A DNA stretch of 64,000 nucleotides, from the NCBI RefSeq assembly GCF_009914755.1, contig NC_060936.1. One strand, 5' to 3'. This document shows positions 1-12,700 of the stretch, one piece after another. A model generated the notes under the pieces. That model was not told the DNA's origin, searched no databases, and saw only the letters and a program-made list of their open reading frames with translations. Each line of letters starts with the position of its first letter. The first letter of the stretch is position 1. Origin of the DNA: the human T2T-CHM13v2.0 reference genome, Homo sapiens. A program made the translations under genes and the position numbers.

Positions 1-254
1 TCTGTGAGGGTAAAATTTTTAATTTAAAGAGCCCACGAATTATAATATCATTTTAGCTTAATCTAGTTTGAGTTATGTTTCTGTCATATTCAAGCAAAAT
101 AGTAGATTATAAAGTGCCGTTCAGGTCTAAGACCACCACTAGGAACCTTTGAGAATCTCCTTCTCTGTTTGATCTTCCTTCTTCTCCTTTCTAAACCCAT
201 CAGTCCTGTTCTAATCCTCTTTGTCCACCCCTAACTTTCCCTTCTGTGTAGTAT

Positions 255-615
255 GTGTTTAGTTAAGGTAAAGCTAACTGCTGTAAAAACAAATCCCAAA
301 TTTCCAGTGACTTAACACAATAAAAATTTCTGTCTGACACAAACTACAATCTGGTGAGGGCAATCTGAATCAGTACTCAGGGACCTTAGATGCTTGCTGC
401 CTCGGAGTTTTCTGTATCTGGCCACTGGAAGGGAAACTGAAAGACGTATATGTGGAAGATTTTATTTGTCCAAACATAAAGTGGCATTTCTCAGTTCACT
501 CATATTCCTTTAGCTAGGATTTAATGGCATGAGCTTCAAAGTAGGCGTGTAGATATGATCCAGCTGCTTGCCCAGGAAAATGATAAAAAGAATATGGGTA
601 GATAGCAGCCTTTTC
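255..615 (-). mobile_element. Ancient MaLR LTR (MLT1K/J-like)
   Basis: Begins 'gtgtttagttaaggtaaagctaactgctgtaaaaacaaatcccaaatttccagtgacttaacacaataaa', typical of the reverse-complemented MLT1 LTR end; highly diverged. Confidence 0.55.
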
Positions 616-734
616 CATACCAGGGTACTGGTTCTACACTTAAAAAAAAGGGTGGGTGTATGTAGACTCTAAAAAAATAGCACGAATTCATGTTACAATA
701 ACAATCATGGGAAATAAAAAAGTTTCCTATTTTT

Positions 735-2640
735 TTTTAAAATTTACTCAGTGACTTGCACTTCATTGTGACAACCCATTCTCTAGTTAGTAGGAAAAAA
801 ATAACTGTATGTCTAATTGATCTAATAATTCAAACCGTCCCTTGTGGTAAAAGTTAGTCTTTCTTAGATACAATTTTTTAGTGTCTCATATGCTAAAGAC
901 TCCCTCTTCGTCTGCTTCTCTCCTTCAGGTGAGATCTAGTACATGGGTGGAAGAGTGTAGGTTATAGATGATCTTAAGTTAGAAAAGGAAAACTCTTCTT
1001 TTTTCTTTGGGCCTAGTTTTCTCTGGCTGCTGAAGCAAACTCATGTGCAACTGGATAATCAGGGCTGTGATTGCCTCTGTTGCTCAAGTCCGTAGCTGGT
1101 GAACCCATCATTATTATTTATTATTATTGATCATCCCCTCTGTGGCACTGCTTCACTTTGGTTTTTGCTGGTCGTAGGACCATGGGCATCTGCCATATTC
1201 TCCATCTGTTGCACTGGCCTGGAGATCCTCTCACAGACTTGACAGGGGAAGGGGAGCACTTTTCTCCTCATAATGCATACCTTTGCAGGCCACTGACTCT
1301 CAACTTTTCCATATGACATGGGAACCAAGGATGGCTTGGGAATGTAGTCACTTAGGGTCTTCTGTTCCACCAGTTACCTTGATATGTCAATGCCTGAAAC
1401 TGTGACAGGCATTTGGGGAGAGAGTCTTCTCCTTGGACTCTAATCAGGAAATGCAACACTCTCCTCTTCCCTGGTGTGCTTAGAGACAGTACAACTCTAC
1501 TTGTCTCTTTCTTGCATTCCATTTTTCTTCTTTCCTCAGTGTCCCAGGGGTAAAAGAACAATTCTTTTAATTCCCTGATATCATATGAGCTGTATATCAA
1601 AAAAGTCATCTGGATTTCTGAGGTAGGTAAAATATTATTTTTATGCTGGAGGAACTCTATATTCTCTGTATTTCAGCTTGTGCATCAAGGTAAAGGGGGA
1701 ACTAAAACAATCCAGTAAATACTCTCTCAAGTATATAGCCTAGATGGAAACACTATCATCTCAGTGCATAGCCCTGAGTTACACATCTGAAGCCAAATAT
1801 TACACTGTTCCTTCACCAAGAATCCTTTCTATGTCAAATCCCAAATTTCTTGTCATTCTCCATAGCACTGTTCATCTGCATGCCGTAGTAGATGAAGGCT
1901 TTGGGTGGACCCATTGAAAGTCTTGTGCTCAAGAAGACAAAGGACACAATTCATGGTTAGTATTCAAAATGTTGCTCCCACCACAAACATCTTCATATTC
2001 TTCTAAGTAGAATGTCTACCAGACATGCTATCTTTTCTCCAGCAAACAGAGTGAACAACAATCCTCGTTTGCCTGAGAATTAGGATTTCTTTCTTAGGAT
2101 GTGGAATTTTTAGTGCTGAAACTAGGCTAGTCCTGAATAAACTGGATAGTTGTTGACCCCACCTGCAAAGTTGAGCAACTTTGAGGATAATATCGTTGTG
2201 GTAATGTGCTGACAAAGTCTCTATGGCTTCATAATGCCTAACAAAATCTTCTGTTTCTATAGAGGTGAAAGGTGTTTCTACAGAGGTATACAGGTTAGAG
2301 ATAAAATTACAGTAAGGGAGTGTCAAGGTCCTCCCATAGTTAATTTGTTTCTTATTGGTAAATATTTTAATCACTGACCTCCTAGCCAATATCACAATGG
2401 CTAATTCCTGTGGCATTGTTAGATACAGCTCATTCTTTATGTGACCAGACTTTTGTCCAATATATTGCTAGGTTAGGTTTTACATGTTTTAAAATAGCTG
2501 TTCTATGCCCATTTAGTAACACATATTTACTATTGTGATTTACTTCTAAAATAATTACTCTTACAGTGGATTTGCATATTTTAGTAATGTTTGCGTTTAT
2601 AATTGTTCTAATAAGGTTTGTACTACTTTCATTATAATTG
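735..2640 (-). pseudogene. Degraded intronless coding-like sequence; candidate endogenous viral element resembling Mononegavirales (filovirus-like) nucleoprotein
   Basis: Cluster of same-strand open frames (137 aa 2003-2416, 85 aa 1352-1609, 79 aa 1131-1370, about 70 stop-free codons 2430-2642) in non-repeat DNA. Colinear motifs GEKIACL, IYYGMQM, LGYILE..FPL, H..YFTYLR, KCLSQF and HYEEK-VLPFP echo filovirus NP (by-eye comparison from memory). Confidence 0.45.
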
Positions 2641-2812
2641 GTTTATGGTCCAATAAATGATAGATTAAGGTAGAGGACAATCCAATAGTTTAAATTTAGA
2701 TATTTATATTGTCCCTAAATATTGCAACAGGGTCTTTCTTACCTTAAGGAGTAAGTACAGTGCTATGACCTAAATATGTAATCATTTTAATATTTGGTCA
2801 TATGCTTTAGTC

Positions 2813-2889
2813 CTTCTCTCTGTCTCTCTCTCTTTGGGTGTGTGTGTTTGTTTGCATGCATGTTCACCTGTCTGTCTGTCTCTGTTTGC
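2813..2889. repeat. Low-complexity (TC)/(TG)/(TCTG) simple repeat
   Basis: ctctctgtctctctctc, gtgtgtgt and tctgtctgtc runs. Confidence 0.7.
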
Positions 2890-2969
2890 TTCCTATTTTT
2901 AAACTGAAGCCAGTTTAAAAAGCTGAATAGCTTAGCTGGTATCAAAATAGTATGGGTACCATGTTAAAG

Positions 2970-3062
2970 CTTCACTACAGACCTAAGGAATCAGAATATG
3001 TAACGTGTAGGATAATTTTGATAAGCCCTTTATGCACCTTAGTGTTTGAGGAACACTGGTCT
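2970..3062. mobile_element. hAT-Charlie MER5-like fragment
   Basis: 'cagacctaaggaatcagaat' ... 'gtttgaggaacactg' resemble the MER5A interior and terminus. Confidence 0.4.
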
Positions 3063-3767
3063 ATCGTACAAGTAAGACTCATTGTACATCTGGTAGCAGC
3101 TGCAGTGTCTGCCTATGTGTGTTAGGCTAATTATATGAGCTCTTTGATACATAGTTTATTCCTCTTCTATGTGGAAATAAAACCTGCTCTGTAAAGTCAA
3201 TGAAGGCTGCATAAGTAGAACAAAGTAGTTTCACAGACCACAAATTCAAGTGTGTAAAAAAGTAACATTATTTTTCCACACCTGAAGTTAATTTCTGTCT
3301 TGCTCCCCATTTCCATCCAGTGTCAGCATCTGTAATCTATTCATTGTAGGGAAACTTAAACATGTTGTAATTATTTCAAACTCAAATGTAGAAATGTTTT
3401 CCCTTACTCTCCTTATCTCTGTAGTTGATTCTATGCCTCAAAGCTTATGAAAAACGTCTGTATTTTTGGAAGGGAGAAAACTCCACTTGTTGGTTTTAAT
3501 CTGTTCTGTACTCGTATCCAGAGAGATGCACAGCTGTTTGGCTTCCAATTTCACTGGCATTTGTTGCAGTGGCATTTTGCCACACAGTCCAAGCTACTGT
3601 TTCTGGATGCGTATCTTCATTGAGTTAAAGATCATCTTCCCAAGTGAATTTTATGTCATTCTCCTAGCTTCAGGTAAGGTTTGATTGTTTGACTGAATAT
3701 CTCTGAGACTGAGGGTCCTCATCAGATATTGTCTGCCACTGAAATCCCAGGAGCCATCGTGATTCTT

Positions 3768-4048
3768 TTTTTCTTTTTTTCTTTTTCCGAGACGGAGTCT
3801 TGCACTGTCGCCCAGGCTGGAATGCAGTAGTGCGATCTTGGCTCACTGCAAGCTCCACCTCCCCTCGGCCTTCTGAGTAGCTGGGACTACAGGTGCCCGC
3901 CACTACGCCTGGCTAATGTTTTTGTATTTTTAGTAGAGACGGGATTTCACCGTGTTAGCCGAGATGGTCTCGATCTCCTGACCTCGTGACCCGCCCGCCT
4001 CGGCCTCCCAAATGCTGGGATTACAGGCATGAGCCACTGCGCCCGGCC
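3768..4048 (-). mobile_element. AluY with small internal deletion in the right arm
   Basis: Alu sequence with Y diagnostics (gcaagctcc, cgtgttagcc); 15-bp TSD gccatcgtgattctt 3753-3767 / gccattgtgattctt 4049-4063. Confidence 0.95.
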
Positions 4049-4212
4049 GCCATTGTGATTCTTCTGGTCATTGCTTCACTGTGACCTGTGTCTCATCTGC
4101 AGTACCCTCAAAGCTCAGGGGGGACGTGGACTTCAAATGCCCTCTACCTTCATTTTCCACAATTTGAAAAGACACGTCTACCTCAGTCTCACTGCTTCCA
4201 ATATCAACAGCC

Positions 4213-4243
<31 letters not shown>

Positions 4244-4584
4244 CCATCCAACTCTCTTTTTACTCCCCAGCTCACAGCCTCTTAGAAAAATTGGAGTGGT
4301 GGTCTGTGGAGAGGGTGCCAGTGAAATGTACAAACTTTCCCCTAGATTGAGAGTTTTTCAAAGCTTAACAGGCAATGATTGATCATGAGTTCTCCACATG
4401 TTTGAATGATAACCCCACTTGGAGCCAGGGTGGTCTCATTTCTCAACCCCAATGAGAAAAACGTGTTAGGCTAATATCATATGAAGTCTAAAGGAGGATT
4501 TCAGAGAAATCAAAACTATTTCTGCACATGTAAAGAACTAATTGATAACTCATAATAGCTACAATAGTATTTTTAACAAAAAAA

Positions 4585-4800
4585 CTTGAGTGTCATTATT
4601 CATCAGCTCTATGCAAAACCCTTTATATGTGTAATCTCATTTAAAACTCACAATATCACCATGAGGTATGAATTATTATCTTCATTTTACTGATAAGGAA
4701 ACAGGCTTAGGGAGATTAAATAATTTACTCAGGGACACATAGCCAGCAAGTTGGAACTAAGTCTCAACTCCATTCTATTTTACAGTCTAGCACTTTTTCT
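4585..4800 (-). mobile_element. MIR SINE
   Basis: MIR core in reverse: 'ttcattttactgataaggaaacaggcttagggagattaaataatttactcagggacacatagc'. Confidence 0.75.
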
Positions 4801-5609
4801 TAACTATATCATCATCCCATTACTACCTTTCCTGTTTGTTCTCCTGCTCTAAGGCTATCTTACACACATAACTTTTAACATGATAGGGAGTGACAGGGAT
4901 TAGAAAAGGAATGAACTTGACATGTTTGTGTGTCAGTAACGCCAGTCATATATAAAAATAGAGTTTTTGTGAAAACATAATAAAACAATAACTTAAAAGA
5001 TATATACACATGAAAGGCCTTATTAAATTTTGATCATTGAAAGCAAAAATGGTCCAAAAATTCTCATTTTTTGCATCCATAATACTTCTGGATTTTCCAC
5101 ATGAGATTTCTTATCATATATAGTTTCATATTTTCCTTCAGCCAAATTTGATAATCAATCTGTTACTTTTAGATCCCTTTCTACGTTAAATGTCAGCTCT
5201 TAAACAAAAATCCTGTATCTTGATCAAGATACATTTCAGTGGAACGTTAGTTCATTCATCCTGTCTCTTGGAATTTGTCAATTTGAATTTTAAGAATGTT
5301 AGGCTTTTTCCTGGCTACTTGTCACTGTGGAAGACTTAACTGTTTCTCTACAGCTCTAATTTACTTTGTCTTCTTTTAACTTTGTTTAGGCCTTAGTATT
5401 ATTTGGTAAATGATCAGTGAAAATCTGAGTTTAATAATAAAATAGCAGAGGTGTCTTGGTATAGGTCTGTGGGAAGCTTCATATATTACAGCATGTCTTA
5501 CTCTAGAAACCATTTTTTTTTTCATCCCTGGATTCACCAACATTAAAAACAACTCTCTGAGGTTTTACTCGGAAAAATCTAATAACATAAACCAGGAAAA
5601 GAAATACCA

Positions 5610-6323
5610 CCACTGATCATCAGAGAAATGCAAATCAAAACCACAATGAGATGCCATCTTACTCCAGTCCAAATGGAAATTATTAAAAAGTCAGGAAACT
5701 ATAGATGCTGGCCGTGGAGAAATAGAAACATTTACACTGTTGGCAGGAATGTAAATTAGTTCAACCGTTGTGGAAGACAGCGTGGCGATTCCTCAAGGAT
5801 CTAGATCCAGAAATACCATTTGACCCAGCAATCCCATTACTGGGTATATACCCAAAGGAATATAAATCATTCTACTGTAAAGACACATGCACACGTATGT
5901 TTATTACAGCACTATTTACAATAGCAACGACATGGAACCAACCCAAATGCCCTTCAGTGATAGACTGGATAAAGAAAATGGGGTACATATAAACCATGGG
6001 ATACTATGCAGCCATAAAAAGGAATGAGATCATGTCCTTTGCAGGGGCATGGATGAAACTGGAAGCCATTATTGTCAGCAAACTAACACAGGAAGAAAAA
6101 ACCAAATATCACATAAGTGGGAGTTGAACAATGAGAACACATGGACACAGAGAGGGGAACAATGCACATCAGGGTCTGTTGTGGGGTGGGGGCTGAAGGG
6201 AGGGAACTTAGAGGATGGGTCAATAGGTGCAGCAAACCACCATGGCACAGGTATTCCTATGTAACAAACCTGCACATTCTGCATATGTATCCCTTTTGTT
6301 TTAAAAGAAGAAACAGAAATAAA
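5610..6323 (+). mobile_element. 5'-truncated L1PA (L1PA8A-like) 3' end
   Basis: ORF2 C-terminal peptides ([30 protein letters not shown]), G-rich 3'UTR tract and A-rich tail. Confidence 0.9.
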
Positions 6324-7377
6324 ATATTTCTAGAAGTTTCCAATATTTGTGTGATGATAATGTAAAATCATTTTAAGTATGTATTTTTATACAAAAAATT
6401 TGTTGATTAAAACACACCAATATAGTTTTGAGTAGGGCTTCAAGATGGCTGTCTAGAGGTATCTGACATTCATCTCCTCCACAAAGAGGAACTAACAAAC
6501 TGAGTAGATAATCAGACTTTGAATGGGTCATCTAAGAGAGAGAACTGACATTCAACAGGAAAGTGACAGGAAACACCTCAGGCAAGGAAGGAGAGTAAAG
6601 TGAAGCAGCCTCCTTGTCCAGTATTGACTGGCAGTCTGGAGAGGCTCCTCATTGTGGGGAAAGGATAAATGACAGATCCCCAGTGATCCATATTCCCACT
6701 GCAAATGCCTGTAATCCTAGCCATGGGAGAGCCTCTCAACCCACAGGGGCACTAAAACTAATATAGTGAACTGCCTGGGGTCCGTGTGACACTATTGCTC
6801 CAGAGAGGGAGCTCATGCTGGGTCCCACACAACCACAGAGACCTAAGCAGTTACAGCACAGTGCCATTTTTGAGAGCACAGCCCCCACCAGATTGCATCC
6901 TGCCCTAGGGCCCAACATCCCCTACATCACAACATCACTGGAGCTGCATTGACATCCTCTGCCTGAGCTGCTACTGCTGCTGACTGCTGCTGCCAGGGCT
7001 GAGGGTTACTGGCAATGACCTCACTGTCCCCAGCAACTGGACTGTTGTGCATCTGCACATGCTATGAGGACAAGAGCCCCCACCTGCAGCCACTACTGCT
7101 GCCGGGATGGAAGCACAAGCCACTGACAGTGACCCCACCACCTCTAGCAGTGGGGCTTCCATGCATCTGCACTTGCCCTGAAAAGAAGCTCCCTTACTCA
7201 CAGCTGCTACTGTTGCTAGCTGCTGCCACTGAGGCTGAAGTGCCAGCCACTGGCAGGAGCCACTGGCAGCAACCTTGCTACCCACAGCAGCAGGATTGCC
7301 ATGCATTCACAAGTGCCCTGAGAACAAACTCTCCCCACTGGAGCTGCTGCCTAGAGCTGAAACACATGCTCCCTAGC

Positions 7378-7737
7378 TGATATGGCTTAGCTGTGTCCCC
7401 ACCCAAATCTCATCTTGAATTGTAGCTCCCATAATCTCCATGTGTTTGGGAGAAACCCAGTGGGAGGTAGTTGAATCACCGGGGTGGGTTTTCCCATGTT
7501 GTTGTGATAGTGAATAAGTCTCATGAGATCTGATAGTTTTATAAAGGGCAGTTCCCCTGCACATGCTCTCTTGCCTGCCACTATATACGATGTGCCTTTC
7601 CTTTCCTTTCACCTTCCGCTATGTTTGTGAGGCCTTCCCAGCCACGTGGAACAGTGAATCCATTAAGCCTCTTTTTTTTTTATAAGTTACCCAGTCTCGG
7701 GTATGTCTTCATAACAGTATGAAAATGGAATAATATG
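7378..7737 (+). mobile_element. THE1D-like solo LTR (MaLR) nested in the L1 5'UTR
   Basis: Starts tgatatggcttagctgtgtccccacccaaatctcatc; 5-bp TSD ctagc/ccagc. Confidence 0.9.
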
Positions 7738-9520
7738 CCAGCCACCTGCCTATGGCTGTTGCCACTGACAATAACCTCACACTCCCCCTCCCCAGCAGCA
7801 GGGCTATAGCACACTGGCATGTACCCTGAAGCAGGCTCATCCAACTGAATGTGTCAACTACAAGCCTGGAGACTAGCTCTCTAAGACCATTGCAGCCACC
7901 ACTAACACTATCATGGATCTCTTGGGAGCCAGAGGGTTATTCCACCACTACTACTGCCATTACCCACAACACACTGCCTGACAAGGGGCCTGAGGACCCA
8001 CCCATCCATAGCCCACAACTGCCACTGCTGTAAGCCACTTGGAGGACCATAAATCGACTGACCTGGACATGCTAACACTGGTGCCAGTGTATATCTCCCT
8101 GGAGCCCAAGGACAGGCAGGTTTGATCCACTGCTGCCACCACTGGGGCCTGAGGACTAGCCCACCTGGCATCCCTGTCCTCAGCAAAACTTCACCACAGC
8201 TTTCACTAACAATTGTACCCTAAGCCTCTGAGGAGATCACAGACACCACTGATGCTGTTTATAGCTTAAGAAAGTATATTCACACTATGCTGCTTCATGT
8301 ACCCAGAATCAAAGGCAAGGTGCCCCTACACCATCAATATTATCAATACATCTTTAGGAAAAATCCTCATCTACAAAAGCAAAGCCAAAACATTGGAAGA
8401 AGAATTAATCACATCAGATATCAATATCAACATAAGAACACAAGAAACATGGAAAAACAAAGAAATATGATACCTCTGAAGGAACACAATAATTCTCAAG
8501 CAATAGGCTTTAATAAGAAATTTATGAAATGCCAGAAAAGAGGTTTAAATAACAGTATTCAAGAAGCTCAGTGAAATACAAGAGAACACAGATAAACAAT
8601 ATGAAGAAATGAGAAGAAAGATAGAGTATATGAATGAAAAATGTACTGAGTAGATAGAGATCATAAAATAAAACCTAACAGAAATCCTGAAACTGAAGAA
8701 TTCATTGAATAAAATAAAAAAATACAACTGAGAACTTCAATAATAGACTAGATCAAGATAAAGAAAGAATTTCAGAACTTGAAGATAGGCCTTTTAAAAT
8801 AAACCAGTCAGGCAAAAATAAAGAAAAAAGAATAAAAGGGATGACGAAAGCCTCCATGATATATGGCACACCATAAAGCAACCAAATATTTGAATATTAG
8901 GTGTTGCAGAAACAAAAGGCCAAAGGGATAAAAAACCTATTTAATTAAATAATAGCTGGAAATAATTTCACATGTCTACCAAGAAATTTTGATATCCAGA
9001 CACAGGAAACTCTCAGAGATTCCCAAAAAGTTACAACACAAAAGATCTCCAAGGCACATTCTAGTCAAACTGTCAAAAGTAAAAAAACAAAAGATATAAT
9101 TCTAAAAACAACAGGAAAAAAGTGTCTAGTCACTTACAAGGGAACCCCCATCAGACTAACAGTGGATTTCTCAGCAGCAACTATATGGGCCAGGAGAGAA
9201 CGCGATGATATATTCAAAGTGCTGATAGAAGAAATACTGCCAGTCAAGGATATACCCAGGAAAGTAAGTTATTATTCATAAATGGAGAAATAAAGTATTT
9301 TCCAGACAAGCAAAAGCATACAGAATTCATCACTATGAGACCAGCTTTATAAGAAATGCTTAATAGAGTCCTATACATGGAAATGAAAGGATGATACCTA
9401 CCATCAGGAAAGTATAAAACACACTGGTAGAGCAAACACATGAATAAGAAAGAGAAAGAACTCATATATTACTACTACAGAAAGTCATCAACCAAAACTA
9501 TAAAAAATAAGAGAGGATGA

Positions 9521-9776
9521 GGCTGGGCATGGTGGCTTATGCCTGTAATCCCAGCACTTTTGGAGGCCAAGGCAGGCGGATCACAAGGTCAGGAGATTGA
9601 GACCATCCTGGCCAACATGGTGCAACCCAGTCTCTACTAAAAATACAAAAAAAAAAAAAAAGCTGAGCGTGGTGGCAAGGGCCTGTAATCCCAGCTACTT
9701 GGGAGGCTGAGGCAGGAGAATCTTTTGAACCTAGGAAGCGAAGGTTGCAGTGAAAAAAAAAAAAAAAAAAAAAAAA
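9521..9776 (+). mobile_element. AluS with 3'-truncated right arm and A24 tail
   Basis: Alu ends at gaaggttgcagtg followed directly by the A-run; approximate TSD aagagaggatga / aagagaatgaa. Confidence 0.9.
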
Positions 9777-12700
9777 GAGAATGAAAGGAACAAAGGATAT
9801 ACACAACAACCAGAAAATAATTTAGTAAAATGACAGGAAAAAGCCCTCACATATCAGTAATAACCTGGAATGTAAGTGGATTAAACTTTCCACTTAAATA
9901 TATATAGACTAAGTGGCAAAAAAAAAAAATCGACTGAGTTATGTACTGCCTACGAGAAATTCATCTCACCTCTAAGACACATATAGACTGAAAATAAAGA
10001 GATGAAAATAGATATTCCATGCAAACAGAAACAAAAATTAAGCTGGAGTAGCTATACTTATATCAGATAAAATAGACTTTAAGACAAAAACAGTAAAAAC
10101 AGACAGAGAAGGTCATTACGTAATGATAAAGGCATCAATTCAACAAGAGTATAACAATTCTAAACCTATATGTATCCAACACTGGAACACTGAGATATTT
10201 AAGCAAATATTATCAGATCTAAAGGGAGAAATAAACTCCAATACGATAATAATTGGAGACTTCAATACCTCACTCTTAGCATTAGACAGATCATCTACAC
10301 AGAAAATAAACAAAGGAACATTGGATTTAAACTGTACTTTACACCAAATGGACTTAATACACATTGATGAAACATTTTATTCAACAGTTGCTGAATACAC
10401 ATTCTTAACAGTATATGAAACTTTCTCCAGAATAGACCATATATTAGGCCACAAAATAACCCTTAACAAATTAAAAAAAAATCATATCAAGTGTTTTCAT
10501 GGACCATGATGATATAAAACTAGTACTCAATAACGAGAAGAATTTTGAAAACTATAAAAATACATGGAAATTAACCAACATGCTCCTGAATGACCACTGA
10601 GTCAGAAAAGAATTTAAGAAGAAAATTTAAAAATTCCTGGAAACAAATGAAAATTGAAACACAACATACCACAATCTGAAATACAGCAAAAGCAGTGCTA
10701 TGATGGAAGTTTATGGCAATAAATACCTACATCAAAAGTAGAAATATTTTAAATCCATAATCTAACAATGTACCTCAAAGACCTAGAAAAGCAAGAACAA
10801 ACCAAATACAAAACTAGTAGAAGCAAAAAAAAAAATAAAAACAGATCAGAGCAGAACTAAATGAACTATGCACTAAAAATAAAATACAAAGTATTAATGA
10901 AACAAAAAGTTGGATTTTTGAAGATAAAATCAATAAACCACTAGCTAGACTAACCAAGAAAAAAAGGGAGAAGACCCAAATTAACAAAATTAGAAGTGAA
11001 AAAGAAGACGTTAAAACTGATACCACAGAAAAATAAATGATAGAGACTATTATGAACAACTATACACGAACAAACTGGAAAGCCTAAAGGAAATAGATAT
11101 TTTGGAAACATATAACCTACCAAGATTGACTTAGAAAGAGATAGAAAAAAATCTGAATAGAGCAATAATAAATAATGAAATTGAATCAGTGATAAAAATT
11201 CTCCTGATAAAAGATAAGCCTAGGACCAGATGACTTCACTGCAGAATTCTACCAAACTTACAAAGAATACCTAACATCAATTCTCCTCAAACTGTTCCAA
11301 AATCTTGGAGAGAAGAAAATTCTCCTTAACTCATTCTATGAGGCTAGTATTACTCTGATGCCCAAACCAGACAAAATATAACAACAACAACAACAACAAA
11401 AAACTACCAGCCAATATCTCTGATGAACATAGATTTTTAAAATCCTCAACCAAAAACTAGCAAACTGAATTCAAAAACACATGAAAAAGATGATACATCA
11501 TGATCAAGTGGGATTTATCTCAGAGATACAAAGATGGTTAAAACATTGAATGATAAAAACTTAACAAAGTAGGCATAGAAATAAAGTACCTGAACATAAT
11601 AAAGGCCATATATGACAAACCTACAGTTTTCATCATACTGAATGAAGAAAAGCAGAAAGCCTTTCTTCTAAGAACTGCAACAAGACAAAGATGTCAACTT
11701 TCATTACTCCCGTTCAACATAGTACTGGAAGTCCTGGACAGAGCTATTAGAAAATAAAAATAAATCAAAGGCTTCTAAATTGGAAAAGAGAAAGTTAAAT
11801 TGTCCCTCTTTGTATATGACCTGATCTTATATCTAGAAAAATCTAAAGGCTTGACAACAACAACAAAACACCCTTTTATATCCAATCAATAAATTTAACA
11901 AAGTTGCAGATACAAAATCTACATACAAAAATCAGGAGTATTTCTACTCACCAATAATGAAATAGTTGAAAAAAAATCAAGAAGACAATACCATATATAT
12001 ATAACAAAATAAGTTACCTAGAAATAAATTTAACCATGTAGTTAAAAGAGTTCCACAAAAAAAGAAAAATAAAACCTACAAAACTCTGATGAAAGAAATT
12101 GAGGAGGATACAAACAAATGAAATACATCTCATTTTCATAGATCAGAATAATTATTGTTAAATGGCCATGCTACCCAAAGCAATCTATGTACTTACTGCA
12201 CTCTATAGTGACATACCAATGTCATTTTTCACAAAAATAGAAACGTTTAAAATTCATATGGAACCACAATAGCCCAAAGAACAAAACTGTAGACATCAAA
12301 CTACCTGACTTCAGAATATATTATAAGGATACAGTAACCAAAACAGCATGGTATTGGTATAAAAACAGAAATATAGACCAATGGAACAAAATAGCAAACT
12401 CAGAAATAAATTCATGTATTTACAGACAATTAATTTTTGACATATGTGCCAAGAACATACATTGAGGAAAGGACACCCTTTTCAATAAATAGTGCTTTGA
12501 AACTATATATAAATATGCAGACAAATGAAAGTGAACCCCTATCTCTTATATACAAAAAATAAATTTAAGGTGGATTAAAGACCTAAACACAAGATCAGAA
12601 ACTATTAAACTACCAGAGGAAAACATAGGGGAAACGATTTAAAACACTGGCAAAAATTTTATTGTTAAGACCTCAGAAGTGTGAGTAATAAAAACAGAAA

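Noticed and set aside
4217-4243. Isolated poly-T run as a possible retrocopy tail
   Set aside because: No flanking TSD or recognisable element body
6736-8186. Cluster of 60-120 aa ORFs on both strands
   Set aside because: They lie in the GC-rich L1 5'UTR and THE1 LTR; compositional artefacts
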